Assembly (NCBI RefSeq): GCF_002571385.2
Contig: NW_019217863.1
Location: 255,371-319,370 of the forward strand
From: Stylophora pistillata
Taxonomy: Eukaryota
DNA: 64,000 bases
Reading direction: 5' to 3'
Part shown: one piece after another, positions 14,448 through 26,482 of the stretch
Layout of the letters: each line of letters opens with the position of its first letter
Position numbering within the stretch: position 1 is the first letter of the stretch
Program-made: the position numbers and the translations under genes
The notes under the pieces: model-generated
Seen by the model: the letters and a program-made list of their open reading frames with translations, nothing else
What the model was told of the DNA's origin: nothing
The model's database searches: none

Positions 14448-15720
14448 GTCTGGATATAAAGATTATTCGAAATGTGCTTCCCAAACTTCAAGACTCCACT
14501 AGTTCACGCATGCCATTTCAGATCTTTGTCTCAGACGAAGTTTAGAGGAAAATAGTTGGTACTAATTCAAAATGAAAAAATCAAAATCGATCTCATTTGT
14601 AACCTACATGTCCAAATCCCGCCGTGGGTGCGACGCTGGGAAGCCGTGGCACGCAGGACTTGCGGAATGGTACAAGTTATGCGGAATATGAAACTTGTAG
14701 AGTGACGTCATGAAATAAATTTCAATCCACTCTCGTTTCCAACCTTTCCCATAAGTTACCTCAAGATGTCATTCTGCAGAGTTGTAGTTCCTTTTGGTGT
14801 TGCGATTTATTAATTTGGCAGTGTTTTACTCTGCAGACCGCCTAGAGCTAACAAATGGTGATGGTTGGGAAAGGGTGTGGGTTAAAATTAGTCCCATGAC
14901 GTCATTCCGAATGTACGGTCTCTTGAGCCATCACCCTTGAAGAAATTAAAGGGTCCAATCTAACAAACATTCTAGAAATATTTTAACGTTCATACTGAGG
15001 AAAGAAGACGTTTCCAAGGTTGTATAAGAAAGAAAGTCTTGCCCGTTCGCTGGTTACTTCTTTCATATCTTCGACATCGTCCCTCGACGTTGTTTAAGGT
15101 GAGCACTGTTCAAAATATATAGTTATCGCAATTGCTAGCAAGTTGTAATTGGTGACAAACTGTTATTACGAAGTTAACTGATGTTTATTGTACCAATCGG
15201 TGGTATCAACTATCAGTCAATCTTCTCCAGCTAAGAACTTTGAAATATACATAACTAATCAGTACAATTGGCGGTATCTTTTATCGGTCAATCGGCTAAA
15301 GTATTATCTGAAGTAAACTAAGTAAAGGAGTTTGTTTTTTCATAAACTATTACCATAGCCTGAGGAATATTCTCTACATAATTATAACACTTTGAAATGA
15401 TCCTTTGAACTGACGCACAGTTTTTTCATAATTCATAATTTTGCCTGCCATGAAGCATGGAACGACTGAGGCCAATAGTTTCCAACTGAACCATCCAAAA
15501 ATTTAGCACTTAGGTTGGTACGGGGCTTGACAAAAGTGCTTTCTAAATACAGCAGTGAGTTCGCGGTCAAGTTTAGGTCAATGAATGCACTTTAAATGAA
15601 TGGGTGCATCTGTCAGTGTCATCTTCGTACGCCATGCTGCCATCATGGTTCAAATCAAGTTCTTAAGTCTGCTTGAAACGTCGAACTTCTCATGTGCTGA
15701 ATCTAAGACTTATTTGGGTT

Positions 15721-15955
15721 AACCCAAATTGATCAAATTCGACGTTGATTCCTGTGAAGCTTTATTGGGCCAACCCAAATTGATCAAATTTGACGTTGAT
15801 TCCTATGAAGCTTCATTGGGCCAACCCAAATTGATCAAATTCGACGTTGATTCCCATGAAGCTTTTTTGGGCCAACCCAAATTGATCAAATTTGACGTTG
15901 ATTCCTATGAAGCTTTATTGGGCCGACCCAAATTGATCAAATTCGACATTGATTG
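15721..15955. repeat. 51-bp minisatellite, about 4.6 copies
   Basis: Unit AACCCAAATTGATCAAATTYGACGTTGATTCCTATGAAGCTTTATTGGGCC starts at 15721, 15772, 15823, 15874 and 15925. Confidence 0.95.
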
Positions 15956-17057
15956 ATAGGGTCAAACTTAGAATACAAACTATGTTATTGCATGAGGGGT
16001 TATATTCCGAAGTTTCACTGAATTATGATGTTCGATTCGCGGCTCTTTTTCATTATATCCGGACTGGTCTGAGTAAAATTTAAGGCACGATAGTAACGGC
16101 GAACAAATCAAAGTGGCTGCGAGCTGCTGAACACGGAAAACGAATTATTCAGGGTGAGATGTTGAGGCTACGGAAGTGACGTCATACTTTGCTTTTTATT
16201 AAGAAAGGTCACGTTTTAACTCTCTGGTCTATTCCATGAAAAGTACTTTTGAATAAATGAGTAAAACTTGGCGCGATGGGTAGCACTACTCCTCCCAAGC
16301 GAGGAGTCCAGGGTTTGGTCCTTTGCGATGGCAACCTTTTTTCATTTTCTTTCATTTCTTTTTTATTCTTCCCCTACCTGTATCAAGGTTATTAGCCTTC
16401 TACTTAAAAAATAACTGGAGCGTAACCCTAATTGCACAGCAATCAATATGTAATAACCCAGCTATCGAAGCGTAGCTTTTTTCCCTTTTATCCGAAAGTC
16501 AAAGTTTAACAGTTTTTCCGGCGGTCAATGTTAATCTTTGGGATCAACAAGGTTTATACAGAAAGCCTAGAGATGCTGAAATGCGAGACGCCCGAGTTTG
16601 TCATTGACGACCAGCAAATCAATTGGAGCATACTCTTTAACGAAGTATTGAAAGTAATTCGGGTTAGGTTGGTTTTGCTTAATTTCCCTCTTCGATTGGC
16701 TCAGAAGACCTGCATCAGTTTAACAACCGATCAGATTCAAAACAAAAACCAATCGTTACTCGGCCACTCGCGTTTTTAAGGAATTTTGCGTGTTTTGGCT
16801 TTCAGTTCTCATTAGCTCATTGTAAAATTTTTTCCGAGTTCTGATTGGCTGCTGATAACTTTGGTTGTTAGTTTACGACACTCATTTAAAATACCCTCTA
16901 TTTTCCAAAGCGAATAACAAACCAACGAATTGTAGGAAAAGAGATTATGATGGTTTCCCAAGGGATATTCTTTTAACATTTTTTACGTCAAGTTCTAAAC
17001 CTAAACATTTTAGTTCACAGAAACGTAATTACCAGACACCACTGTCGATTTTGAGCA

Positions 17058-18535
17058 ATGGAAGATATCACTTATGCTTGTCCTCGCCAAAAATTCATGG
17101 AGGATCCGGGAATTCAATGGCGTGAAGGGAAACCTGATTTCACCCAGGTTAATAAAGCTTATTTAGAGGGTAGGACAAGAATTCATAAGGAAGGTTCGTT
17201 AGAAAAGATTGTTGAGGATCTGGTGAAATCATGGGAAATGGAAGCTTCGCATAAAACTAACACTGAGGTAAATATAGATGAGAATTGTTCTGATTCACAA
17301 TTACCGAAAAGTTACTGCTAAAACGTCTTTCCCTCAAAAGAGCAAAATCGTCCTTTTTCTCTCAATGTTGTGATGTGTTTAAAATTCAATTAAACTTCAT
17401 TCTGATGTCAACTATTTGGCGTGTTATGTCTAGTAATCATAGCACAAAAGAGAATCATAAATTTTGAAATCTGAGGTAAATAAATGAAACACTGATTGTC
17501 AGCATGACACAACGTATTTGTGAAACTCATTTAGAAATACAAAATCAAATGATATTTAACCTCTCAGTCAGAATTGGTGGATATCAGAACACACCAACTG
17601 AACTGTGACGACAACGCATTAAAAGCCAACTGAAGTTTTTTAAGTGCCTACTTAGAAAATAAATGGATGATATTAGTGCGTTTGATTTTAATTTATGTAT
17701 GTACAGTGACTGTTGTAATGAAAACATTAACTAGATTATTTTCGTTGCGGAGGCAAAGCTCATGAGACGAACCTGCAGTTAGATTAGTTTCGATTAGTAA
17801 ATCTATAATATTGTATTTTAAGCACGAACGCAACTTGGACTATCATTGAGAAAAAGTTCAATCATTTTCACTGTCTCTGTTCATTCTATTTTTTTCTTTT
17901 TCTTGGCTACAGGATTGGCAAAGTGTTGACACAGAGGCTTTCACCATTAGGGCAAACAACCAGCGCTCGTTTTGCTTGAAGGAACTGATTGAGGAGGGAA
18001 ACTACAACGCACTTATGCAAAACCAACCGCTGTACAACTGCAACACTCATTCGTTTCAAACATCACATGATTCGTTCAGGTCTGCATTCAATCAAGGGTT
18101 TCCATGGGAACTGATGGAAGTATTTTCAGGTTAGTGAATGACTTCTGTAAGGTTTGTTCAAGTTGGTGACAACTTACCAAGTCTGCGAGGTATATATTGA
18201 TACTCCTTATTGGCGATGAAACGTCTTATGTGACGGGGCTGCAAAAATCACAAAGAAGCCTTTATGTATCCGTAAGTTCCACTGATGTCGCTTTTTTTTG
18301 TCCCGTAGGACCCCCACGAGTGGCCTTTTCGTGGCGCCATTGGGCCCACTGGACGGGCCCCTACAAAGAAAGGGCCCCAACGGGCGAACTTCTTGAAATG
18401 TATGGAATGGCTGTGGCCGAGGTGGACGAGAACCTAAAAATCAAATCAATTGATGTTCATTATGATCCTAACCAGCTTTTGATGAAGTTGGAAGGAAGGA
18501 GTGTTGAATACCAGCAACAGGAAGGTCGTCGATGA
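17058..18535 (+). CDS. Pathogen-related protein-like (NTF2/SnoaL-like fold), copy 1; exons 17058-17267, 17913-18129, 18309-18535
   Basis: The spliced frame is intact. Motifs WREGKPDF, GSLEKIVEDLVKSWEMEASHK, GNYNALM, SHDSFRSAFNQGFPWELMEVFSGPPRVAFSWRHW match the plant/fungal pathogen-related protein family. Confidence 0.88.
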
Positions 18536-19089
18536 AGCGTCCTCATGACGCTCATAGCTCAAAAGCTGTCGGTTTAATAGTATAATAAAGAGAATAAAAA
18601 CTGCTTTACTGAATAAAAACTGTTGTAGCTTTTGGTTACGGTCAACAGTGAAAAATCTCAACTGAAAGAAGTCACAGTTGCAAATACTAAATTACTTTAA
18701 CCACCATCGTTCCCGGCCGAGCTCTTTCTTAATGGCCCCCCTTATCGACGACAGACGGAAAAGAAACGAGGTAATCCATCACATTGAGTAAAGGAAAACT
18801 AAAACATTATTTATGTTGGTTTTTTTAGCGCCAATATTCAAGCGGCAGCACGTCGTCCTATAGTTTATCAAAATACAGTATCATACTATTCAGTTTCAAG
18901 TCATTTTATTCGCACCGTTTAAGTTCTTGTTTGTTAAGGCACGGAAATGCAAACTAATGTCTTCAATAGGTCGGGGTGCTAGCCTTGGGACTCAGAGGTC
19001 TTAAGCTTGGGTACTATTGCATCGGTGTGGGTCTTACCATACTTTTTCATCGGTTGCTTTGAGTTACCTTCGGGACGACATTCTGTAAT

Positions 19090-19507
19090 CACAGGCAGCC
19101 CAAGCTCACTACTAGAAAAGCGGACGTGACTCTTACAGCGTTGCGCAACATTTTATATTTATAAAGAATTGTATGGTATGTTATCGGTTTGCCTTAAAAG
19201 AGAGAAAAAATGTCTCAGTGTTTTGAAATAAATTGAACTTACCTTATAGCCTGTCTTTTTTTAGCAGTTGAACACTAAAATATCGCTAACTCGCCGAAAA
19301 CGCTTCAAAATGGCCTGAGACGCTGGTAATCAACAAAGAAAACAACAAGGCAATAAGGTAAGCTCAATTTATTTCAAAACAAGACATTTTTTCTCTCTTT
19401 TAAGGCAAACCGATAACATCCCATACAATTCTTTATAAATATAAAACGTTGCGCAAAACTGTAAGAGTCATGTCCGCTTTTCTAGTAGTGAGCTTGGGCT
19501 GCCTGCG
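19090..19507. mobile_element. Foldback MITE with CACAGG..CCTGCG termini and a 7-bp TSD
   Basis: Imperfect TIRs of about 155 bp; CTGTAAT duplicated at 19083-19089 and 19508-19514. Confidence 0.85.
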
Positions 19508-20689
19508 CTGTAATTGATAAATAGATTCCATGTTACCGTGCGTCTATACAAAGATAGACCACAGATGACGTCAAAGTGTGGTAAGAGGAAAAACATTGCA
19601 AGCAAGGCGCAGTCGAGTGCGTCGCTGATGTTCTTACCATGCCACATTTCAACATCTTTTGTGTTCTATTACTGAACAGACCCACGGAACATAGAATCTG
19701 TTTGTTTTATGTAATAAAAAGCAAAAGGTGGTTAATGGTGATTTCATCTCTACGTCTGTCCTCCAATATTCGTAATAATCTGATAATAAAGCAATCAAAA
19801 TGCGTATAAAATTCAGCTTATTATATGAATACAAATAGCCATACTCCATGCAAATAGTCTTCCTCCTGAACTGCCATTCAAGACTAGAGGTATTTGCTTT
19901 AATCTTTTTTCATTTGCCTTTGAAAACTCGCAAATTAGATTATCATTGTGAAATAAACTACTTATCTTCTCCTATTTAATTTTATTTTACTTAATCCTGT
20001 TTTAGTTTGGTGTATTTCATTTTCAGGGGGAACCAGTAGAGTCTAGTGTTTTCTTAAGTGCTAATAAAACTTTTTTTGTTTAATGATAGAAAGTAGTTCT
20101 ACTGTGATTGCATCAAGATAAAAGGGGATCCAATATTACAAACATTCCAGAAATGCTGAGGAGAGCAGCTGTTGGGTGGGCAGTTTAAAAAAGAAAGCAA
20201 TTCCTGTTCTCGAGTTGCGTTTACCAAATCTGTACCATCGTTCCTACACGTCGTTTTAGGTGAGCACTGTTTAAAATACATGGTTATCCCTACCGCCGGC
20301 AAAATTTTCACTGCAGACAAACTGTTTTTAAGAAGTTGGTTGATATTTATTGCGCCAATTTGTGATGATACCTATCAGTCTATTTTCTCCAGTTAACTAA
20401 AGTATGAAATAAGTAAAATACCTCACGTAATTCTCCGTTTGAAATGATCTAAGAAAATGACGAACAGTTTTGTCAGTAATTTCACCGCGCCTCCGCTTGC
20501 TAAGAGAGGAGTATATTGTCAAGACCAATACTGCTTCCCAAATATTACTTCTTAAATGTTCACTAAAATCTTCCGCTGTTTAACACAAACTGTAAAGTGC
20601 AAATTGCAATTGAACATTAGTGTGTTCACAGTTGAGTTAATGCAGCACGATTGATCAAATGAATCCGTGCTGTCATCCTACACACCATA

Positions 20690-22230
20690 GGCCTGATTTT
20701 TTTTCAGGTCTGATTTTCGCTATTGCATAAATAGCGCTATCTACTGCGAAGGATCGTACATCATACGTATTTAATGCCGCAGTTCAAAATATATGAACTT
20801 CATATATTCATTGTAACAAAGTGTTTCTGTTGAGGAACTATTTAAACAATAGTGTTTCTGTGGAGGAACTATCGGCTGATAGTTGCCCCGCGGAAATTTG
20901 ATGTTCTTAAAACGCCAACCTCGTTCCCAGCGCCTTTTCCCTTTGCTGGGGGTGGGGCCCCACCCCCAACGCCACCCTCACCTAAGGGAAAAAGCTGATA
21001 GTTTCTAAAGGGAAAAGCCCCTGGGGAACGAGGTTGTTCAAACGCTTCGAGGGCAAATATGCTAGTTTTAAGAACACCAAATTTCCAAGGGGCAACTATC
21101 CGACCGATAGTTCTGAGACATAAACACTCTATTGTCTTTATTGTTCACCACTAAATTTTCTTCCGCGCGCCAGTTGAAAACATTTAAAACCCACTAAATG
21201 CAGATCAATCAGATATTTATTCATGCGTACAGCCTGTCACAAATGTCAATAATTCGCAACCGTACATCGGCTAAATAATACGTTATACCCGTCAGAATTG
21301 AAAAGTCACTGTTTTTCCGATCTGCCTAACTTGGCGGCCGTCAAACCATTCAAAATTTTTCACGGATGAGTACTAACCATCCGGGTATTTTCCGCGGACG
21401 GGCACTACGGGCTGATAGTAGTAGGGACTTTAGGCAAACCACGACGGTTACGGAAACAAGAACGTGGAAAAACAATAGATCTAATAGGCAGAACAATAGC
21501 CCGACACGTGCGTTTTAAAACTTTGTACATTTCTTAGCCGTCCTTTGCAAAACAACAACATGAAATCACCAAAATTTGCGTCGTCTGCGAAGCGAAACCG
21601 CGGCGACAAATTATTTAAATTTACATTTGGAACTCAACGCTACTTTTATGTGTTATGTTGAGTTTGAGGTCTGGCGCCCTATGAGACGATAAACACATGC
21701 AGCCATTTTCGAAAATCTAACTGAAAGTAGAAACTAACTTTTTAATCGACGTCTTCCGTGGAGTTGCCGTCCTGACTGCTTAAAGTCCCTAACTGTCTCT
21801 CCACGGATGAACACTATCGCGTCACGTGATCAATTTAAACCAATAACGATTGGGGAAAATTTAGTGGTGAACTATAATGAGTTATGGATGCAGGCGAGAG
21901 GTTGCTAAGCACGAAAGAAGCGTAAGAGTCGCGCGAGGCGATAGCCGAGAGCGACTCTAGCTTCTTGAGTGCTTAGAAAACCTCACAAGTACATCTATAA
22001 CTAAATAGTGTACGCCGTAGTGTTTACCATTTGTTTTATAACAAAACATTGATAAATTGTAACAAAAAAGTTCCCTTTTATTTAGCAAACCTTACGTGAC
22101 CACAAAAAAACCAGCGCGCGCGGAAAACTTGTCTTTGCTTTTGTTCAGGTCAGCAGCGTACACCCATGGGCAATTGGTGTACACTGAATTGAACAGTTAG
22201 AGTGTGCGCTTTACTTTGGTTTTGTTATAA
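20690..22230. mobile_element. Cluster of nested and adjacent MITE-like repeats occupying the position of copy 2's missing first coding exon
   Basis: An outer inverted repeat (about 20844-21137) contains an inner element CAACCTCGTTCCC..GGGAACGAGGTTG (20916-21036). A second element has TAGGGACTTTA..TAAAGTCCCTA ends (21422-21791). A palindromic repeat lies near 21880-22010. Confidence 0.7.
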
Positions 22231-22283
22231 GTACCTTCAGATGATTCCTACTTCTGTTCTTTAAATCCTTTTTTAAACCAAAA

Positions 22284-23178
22284 GATTGGCAAACCCTTGA
22301 TGTGCAAGCTTTCGCCATCCGCGCAAACAACCAGCGCTCGTTTTCTCTGAAGGAAGGAATTGAAGAAGGAAACTACAACATACTGATGCAAAACCAACCG
22401 CTGTACAACAGTAACGCTCACTCGTTTAAATCGTTACATGATTTGTTCAGGTCTGCATTCGACAAAGGATTTCCATGGGAACTGATAGAAGTGTTTTCAG
22501 GTAAATGAATGACTTCTGTTACGGTTTGTTCGCGTTCGTCTCTTGGTTTGCAATACTCAGTGTAAACTCCACGTTTTAATGTTTCCTTCGTTTCAGAGTT
22601 TCACAGCGTCGTATGGATTACAGCCTCTCAACCTACGTCGCTTCGAAATTCTCTGAACATTTACGAAAAAATCTTCGCGAACTTTGCGAACTAACTTAGA
22701 TATTCACCCAAGACAAGAGAGTTCAAAAGTACTTTTTCAAAAAAAAAAGAAAAAAAGGTCACGTGCACGTGAACTTGTTGCATCGCTGGAATACAAATAA
22801 AATATTTTATTCTTAAAATATTTTTGGTAGGCACGCATACAAAATAAGACACGACACAGTCTACCAGGCATATATTTATATTCCCAAGTCGAGATTAAAC
22901 ACTTCCATATGAGAAACATGCAGAGTTTTCAAAGCCTAATTTATGATTTGTCCTGATGTGGTTGTTTTTGCCCCCTAGGACCCCCACGGATGGCCTTTTC
23001 GTGGCGCCATTGGGCTCACTGGACGGGCCCGTACAAGGGAAGGACCCCGACGGGCGAACTACTTGAAATGTATGGAATGGCTGTGGCCGCGGTGGACGAG
23101 AACCTAAAAATCAAATCAATTGATGTTCACTACGATTCTAACCAGCTTTTGATGAAGTTGGAAGGAAAGGAGTGTTGA
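22284..23178 (+). pseudogene. Pathogen-related protein-like copy 2, probable pseudogene (exons 22284-22500 and 22979-23178 only)
   Basis: No homolog of coding exon 1 is present upstream. The exon-2 acceptor reads AA|GATTGG where copies 1 and 3 have AG|GATTGG. Otherwise conserved residues are substituted (V>M, E>A, P>S). Confidence 0.78.
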
Positions 23179-25324
23179 ATAGCGGCAATAAGAAAGTTGT
23201 TGATGAAAAGTTCTTATACTCTGACGCTCATACCTCAAAATCTGTCAATTACTTTTAATGAGTGCGGAAATTATGTTTAAGAATAGCAATTCATGTAGTT
23301 TGATAATTGTGGCGAGCAATTAATAAATCTCAGTCAAATGGGAAAAATTTCATAGTAACACGTACACGACTTTTTCAAACTTTCTGCAACCAAAATCGTT
23401 CCAGGGGTTATTCTTAATTTTCTCTCTCATTGACAACAAAAGGAACAGGAACGAGATAATCCATCACACTGAGTATGGAAATGCTAAAATATTTGTTTAC
23501 TTCAGTTCCCTTTGGATCCCTCATCGCAATCACTAAAGGGGTGGAATTCAGTCTGTCAGTTTATCAAAGCCGGTATGTTAGATTTTTGCGCACAGAATAT
23601 TTTCTTATTACAAGGCCCTGTTCGCACTACACCGAAAAATTTGGTTTGGTATTTGCAAAAAATTGAAAATTTTGTAACAACGAATTTCCTGTTTTTGTAA
23701 TAGCGTTTGCACTTGAGACGTGCGAATTATTTGGGTAACCACAAATGTCAAGCAATCGAAAAAGATACCGAGATTTCGTGACAGTGCGTTTCTGTTATGT
23801 CGTTTCCCGTCAAGGACTGATCGCAAAGCAAAATGCCCCCGCGAAATGTCTTAATCGCCCTTCTTTGCTGTTTGCTTACCATGCAAAACCTAATTGGGGC
23901 TAGTCAACAATTACTTTTGGTTTTGTTGGGGAGGATTCGGCTTCTACCAATCATGGAGACTTTAACTCAGTTGCTCAACAAACGTCGACGCCGCTGTCGA
24001 CTCGTAGAATCCTGGTTTGAATTGTAACTTCCTGAAGCCTTTTTCCGTAGAAATTTGAAAATGGGGAGAGAGTCATTCGACAACTTACTAACGCGACGTT
24101 CAATTACGAAATATGATGACCAGTGGAAGGGTATCTGTCAAGGGACAATAGATTTTCTCGCCCGACAAAAAACTGTAGGCCTCCAAAAGTAGTCGACGGC
24201 ATCTTTGAAGTTTGGTGGCTCTTGCGAAATTTTGGTGGGTCAAAAAAATCGTTCGCACTGAAAATGGTTTCGCCTTGACAGATTTTTTTGCAAAAAAAAA
24301 AAAACAAAATTTCGCGTAGTGACAACTTAGTACTTTATTCAAGTTCGCAATGGTCAATAAACTCATAAAATGATACTATTCTTTCGAGTCAGTTCATGTC
24401 CGTTGTTTAAGTTCATGTTTTGTATAAGTACGGCTATAGTTATTTAATTAAAGGTGGATGCGTGGCTGAGCGGTTAGAGAGCTAAACAGATTACGTCAAA
24501 AAGAACTAAAAAGTGGCACACTAGGAGCAGCACTAGGAGTGTGTTACTGATGTTGGCTGATTTTCTTACCGCACCTTAAAATTCTTCTGTGATCTATTTC
24601 TTGGAAGACTAACAGCAACATGGAATCTTATTGTTTTCTATAATGAGAACGCAAGAAGTTTAGAGTGGCGACGTCAACGCTACACCTGTCTTCCAATAGA
24701 TCATGACAAAGAACCAATCAAAATGCTTTAGGATTCAATTTTTCATATGTAAATAGCCATATGGTAAGCCTCCAACCTCTTTAGACTTTTCACCAACTTT
24801 TGTTCATTTGGAGTATTTTTTATTTTTAAATACACTTGCCTTGAAAATCTCGCTAATGAGGTCATCCTATTGGATTAAACATCTCCTTTTCCCCCTATTT
24901 CAAGTCATTGATTGATTTTATTTTCAGACGGAGCTAGTAAGGGGTTTATGAGGCGTTTGGTTTTGTTTTTAATTATAGAAAGGAGTTCTACCGTATTTGT
25001 GTCAGTATAAAGGAGTGGCTGCATCCCAGAAATATTATGACGCTCATGCTAAGAAGAGAGGATGTGTCCTAGGCAAAAAAAAGAGAAAGGCTGTCTTGTT
25101 CACGGGCTGCGCTTATTACATCTGTGCCATGGTCCCTTGACTCTGTTTAAAGTGACCACTGTTTAAAATACATAGCTATCACTAGTGCTGGCAAAATTTT
25201 CTTTGACAAAATTTTACAAGTATTGGGAAGTTACTATTGGTCAATCTTCTTTGGTTAACTAAAAATGGTAGGAACTAAAAAAATCAACACACCTACTTCG
25301 AGGAAATGGTGAACTCAAATACTT

Positions 25325-25540
25325 TGGAGTAGAGTAGAGTAGACATCAATATTTATACAGGATAGCCCCTTCAGTGTAGTAAACACTGGTATCAACGGGG
25401 CTCCTGTTACCCACCCATCCCACTCCAGGGGAGGACATCCATCACACCGGTAATCTCGTGCTTGGGAAATTAATGTCTCCTACCCCTAACCCTGCAGGAG
25501 ACGGGACCTCCATTTATTCGTCCCTATCCGAGAAATGGAA
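25325..25540 (-). mobile_element. SINE fragment with a Nin-domain-like core and a (TACTC)n tail
   Basis: GAGACGGGACCTCC..TTTATTCGTCCCTATCCGAGA resembles the Nin-SINE core as recalled; short GAGTA repeats at one end. Confidence 0.45.
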
Positions 25541-26482
25541 ACGTCTTTTTTGAATTTATGTAATGAAATAACGCTCACTTTTGTTGTGTAAATTCACACT
25601 TTCGTTTGCTTAGAGGAGTGTATGGTCAAGATCACAAGTTCCCAAATGTTACTTCTAATTCATTTTTTTTTAGCGTAAAAGGGACATTTCCACTTAGAAA
25701 TATTCCCTTAAATCATTCGTTATTCAACACTTAAAGAAGTGCGTTACTCTATGAAATTGCTATTTTAACATCAGTGTGTTCGCGGTTAAGTTAATGCGTT
25801 AGGAATGATCAAAGGAATCCACTGAGTAGCCATATGGTATTTAATTCATGATCTTTGGGATATTTTCATGAAGGAGAAATCTATGTTGACGCCCTTCCGC
25901 TGAACTATCTCAGTCTTGTTCAGCAACGCTCAATCATCAATTGTTGCTGTAAATTTAATGAACATTGGGGGTGATTAAAACACGAGTTGCTGGTCTTTCT
26001 CGACCCTGTGGTGTAGAAAAACAGGGTACCGGTGCTGATTGCGACCGAAAAAGAGGCAGAGAGCAAAAGCTGAGTCACGAAAGGAGATTTGAAAAAACAG
26101 TTTAAGGGTATTCTTTTTGCCGCTTTATCTAAATCTCATTCCTTATTAAACAAAATGTTACAGTTGTTGAACGAAGCCAAGCCAATACCGCAATTTGTCA
26201 CTGCTTTACCGACTATCGGCCAACTGTCGGTCTTCTGTCGGCCAAATGTCGGTCAACTGTCGGCCGTTAGTCAGCCGACAGGTTTTTTTAAGGGAGTTGT
26301 TCTTCACGATTACACAATTATATCCAAAGCCAAAGAGCAAAACAACAAGGAGGAAGATCACAAACAGCTCCCGAGGGAAATTAAGTTATTTTTAGTTTGT
26401 TTGTATAAATCCGCTGAAAATTTTGAGCCATCATGATATAGGAACGTAATTAGAAGGCATCAGTAGCCATCCATTTTAAGCA

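Larger units (their letters stand above)
14100..16190. promoter_or_regulatory. Divergent promoter region between ACSS3 and pathogen-related protein 1, with CRE, AP-1 and ETS-CRE motifs
   Basis: TGAGTCA at 14131; TGACGTCA at 14703, 14897 and 16177, the last within CGGAAGTGACGTCA; TATAAG near 15024 followed by a conserved AG|GTGAGC donor near 15098. Confidence 0.4.

Noticed and set aside
14284-14545. Short ORFs within the foldback element
   Set aside because: They are translations of the non-coding Penelope terminal repeat.
15721-15955. CRISPR array, or a coding repeat protein (ORF 15729-15956)
   Set aside because: Units are contiguous with no unique spacers, there are no cas genes and the context is eukaryotic. 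The ORF starts at TTG and is open only because 51 is divisible by 3.
16268-16330. tRNA-like sequence
   Set aside because: It has an A-box-like start and one stem, but no proper T-loop or acceptor stem; at most a decayed SINE head.
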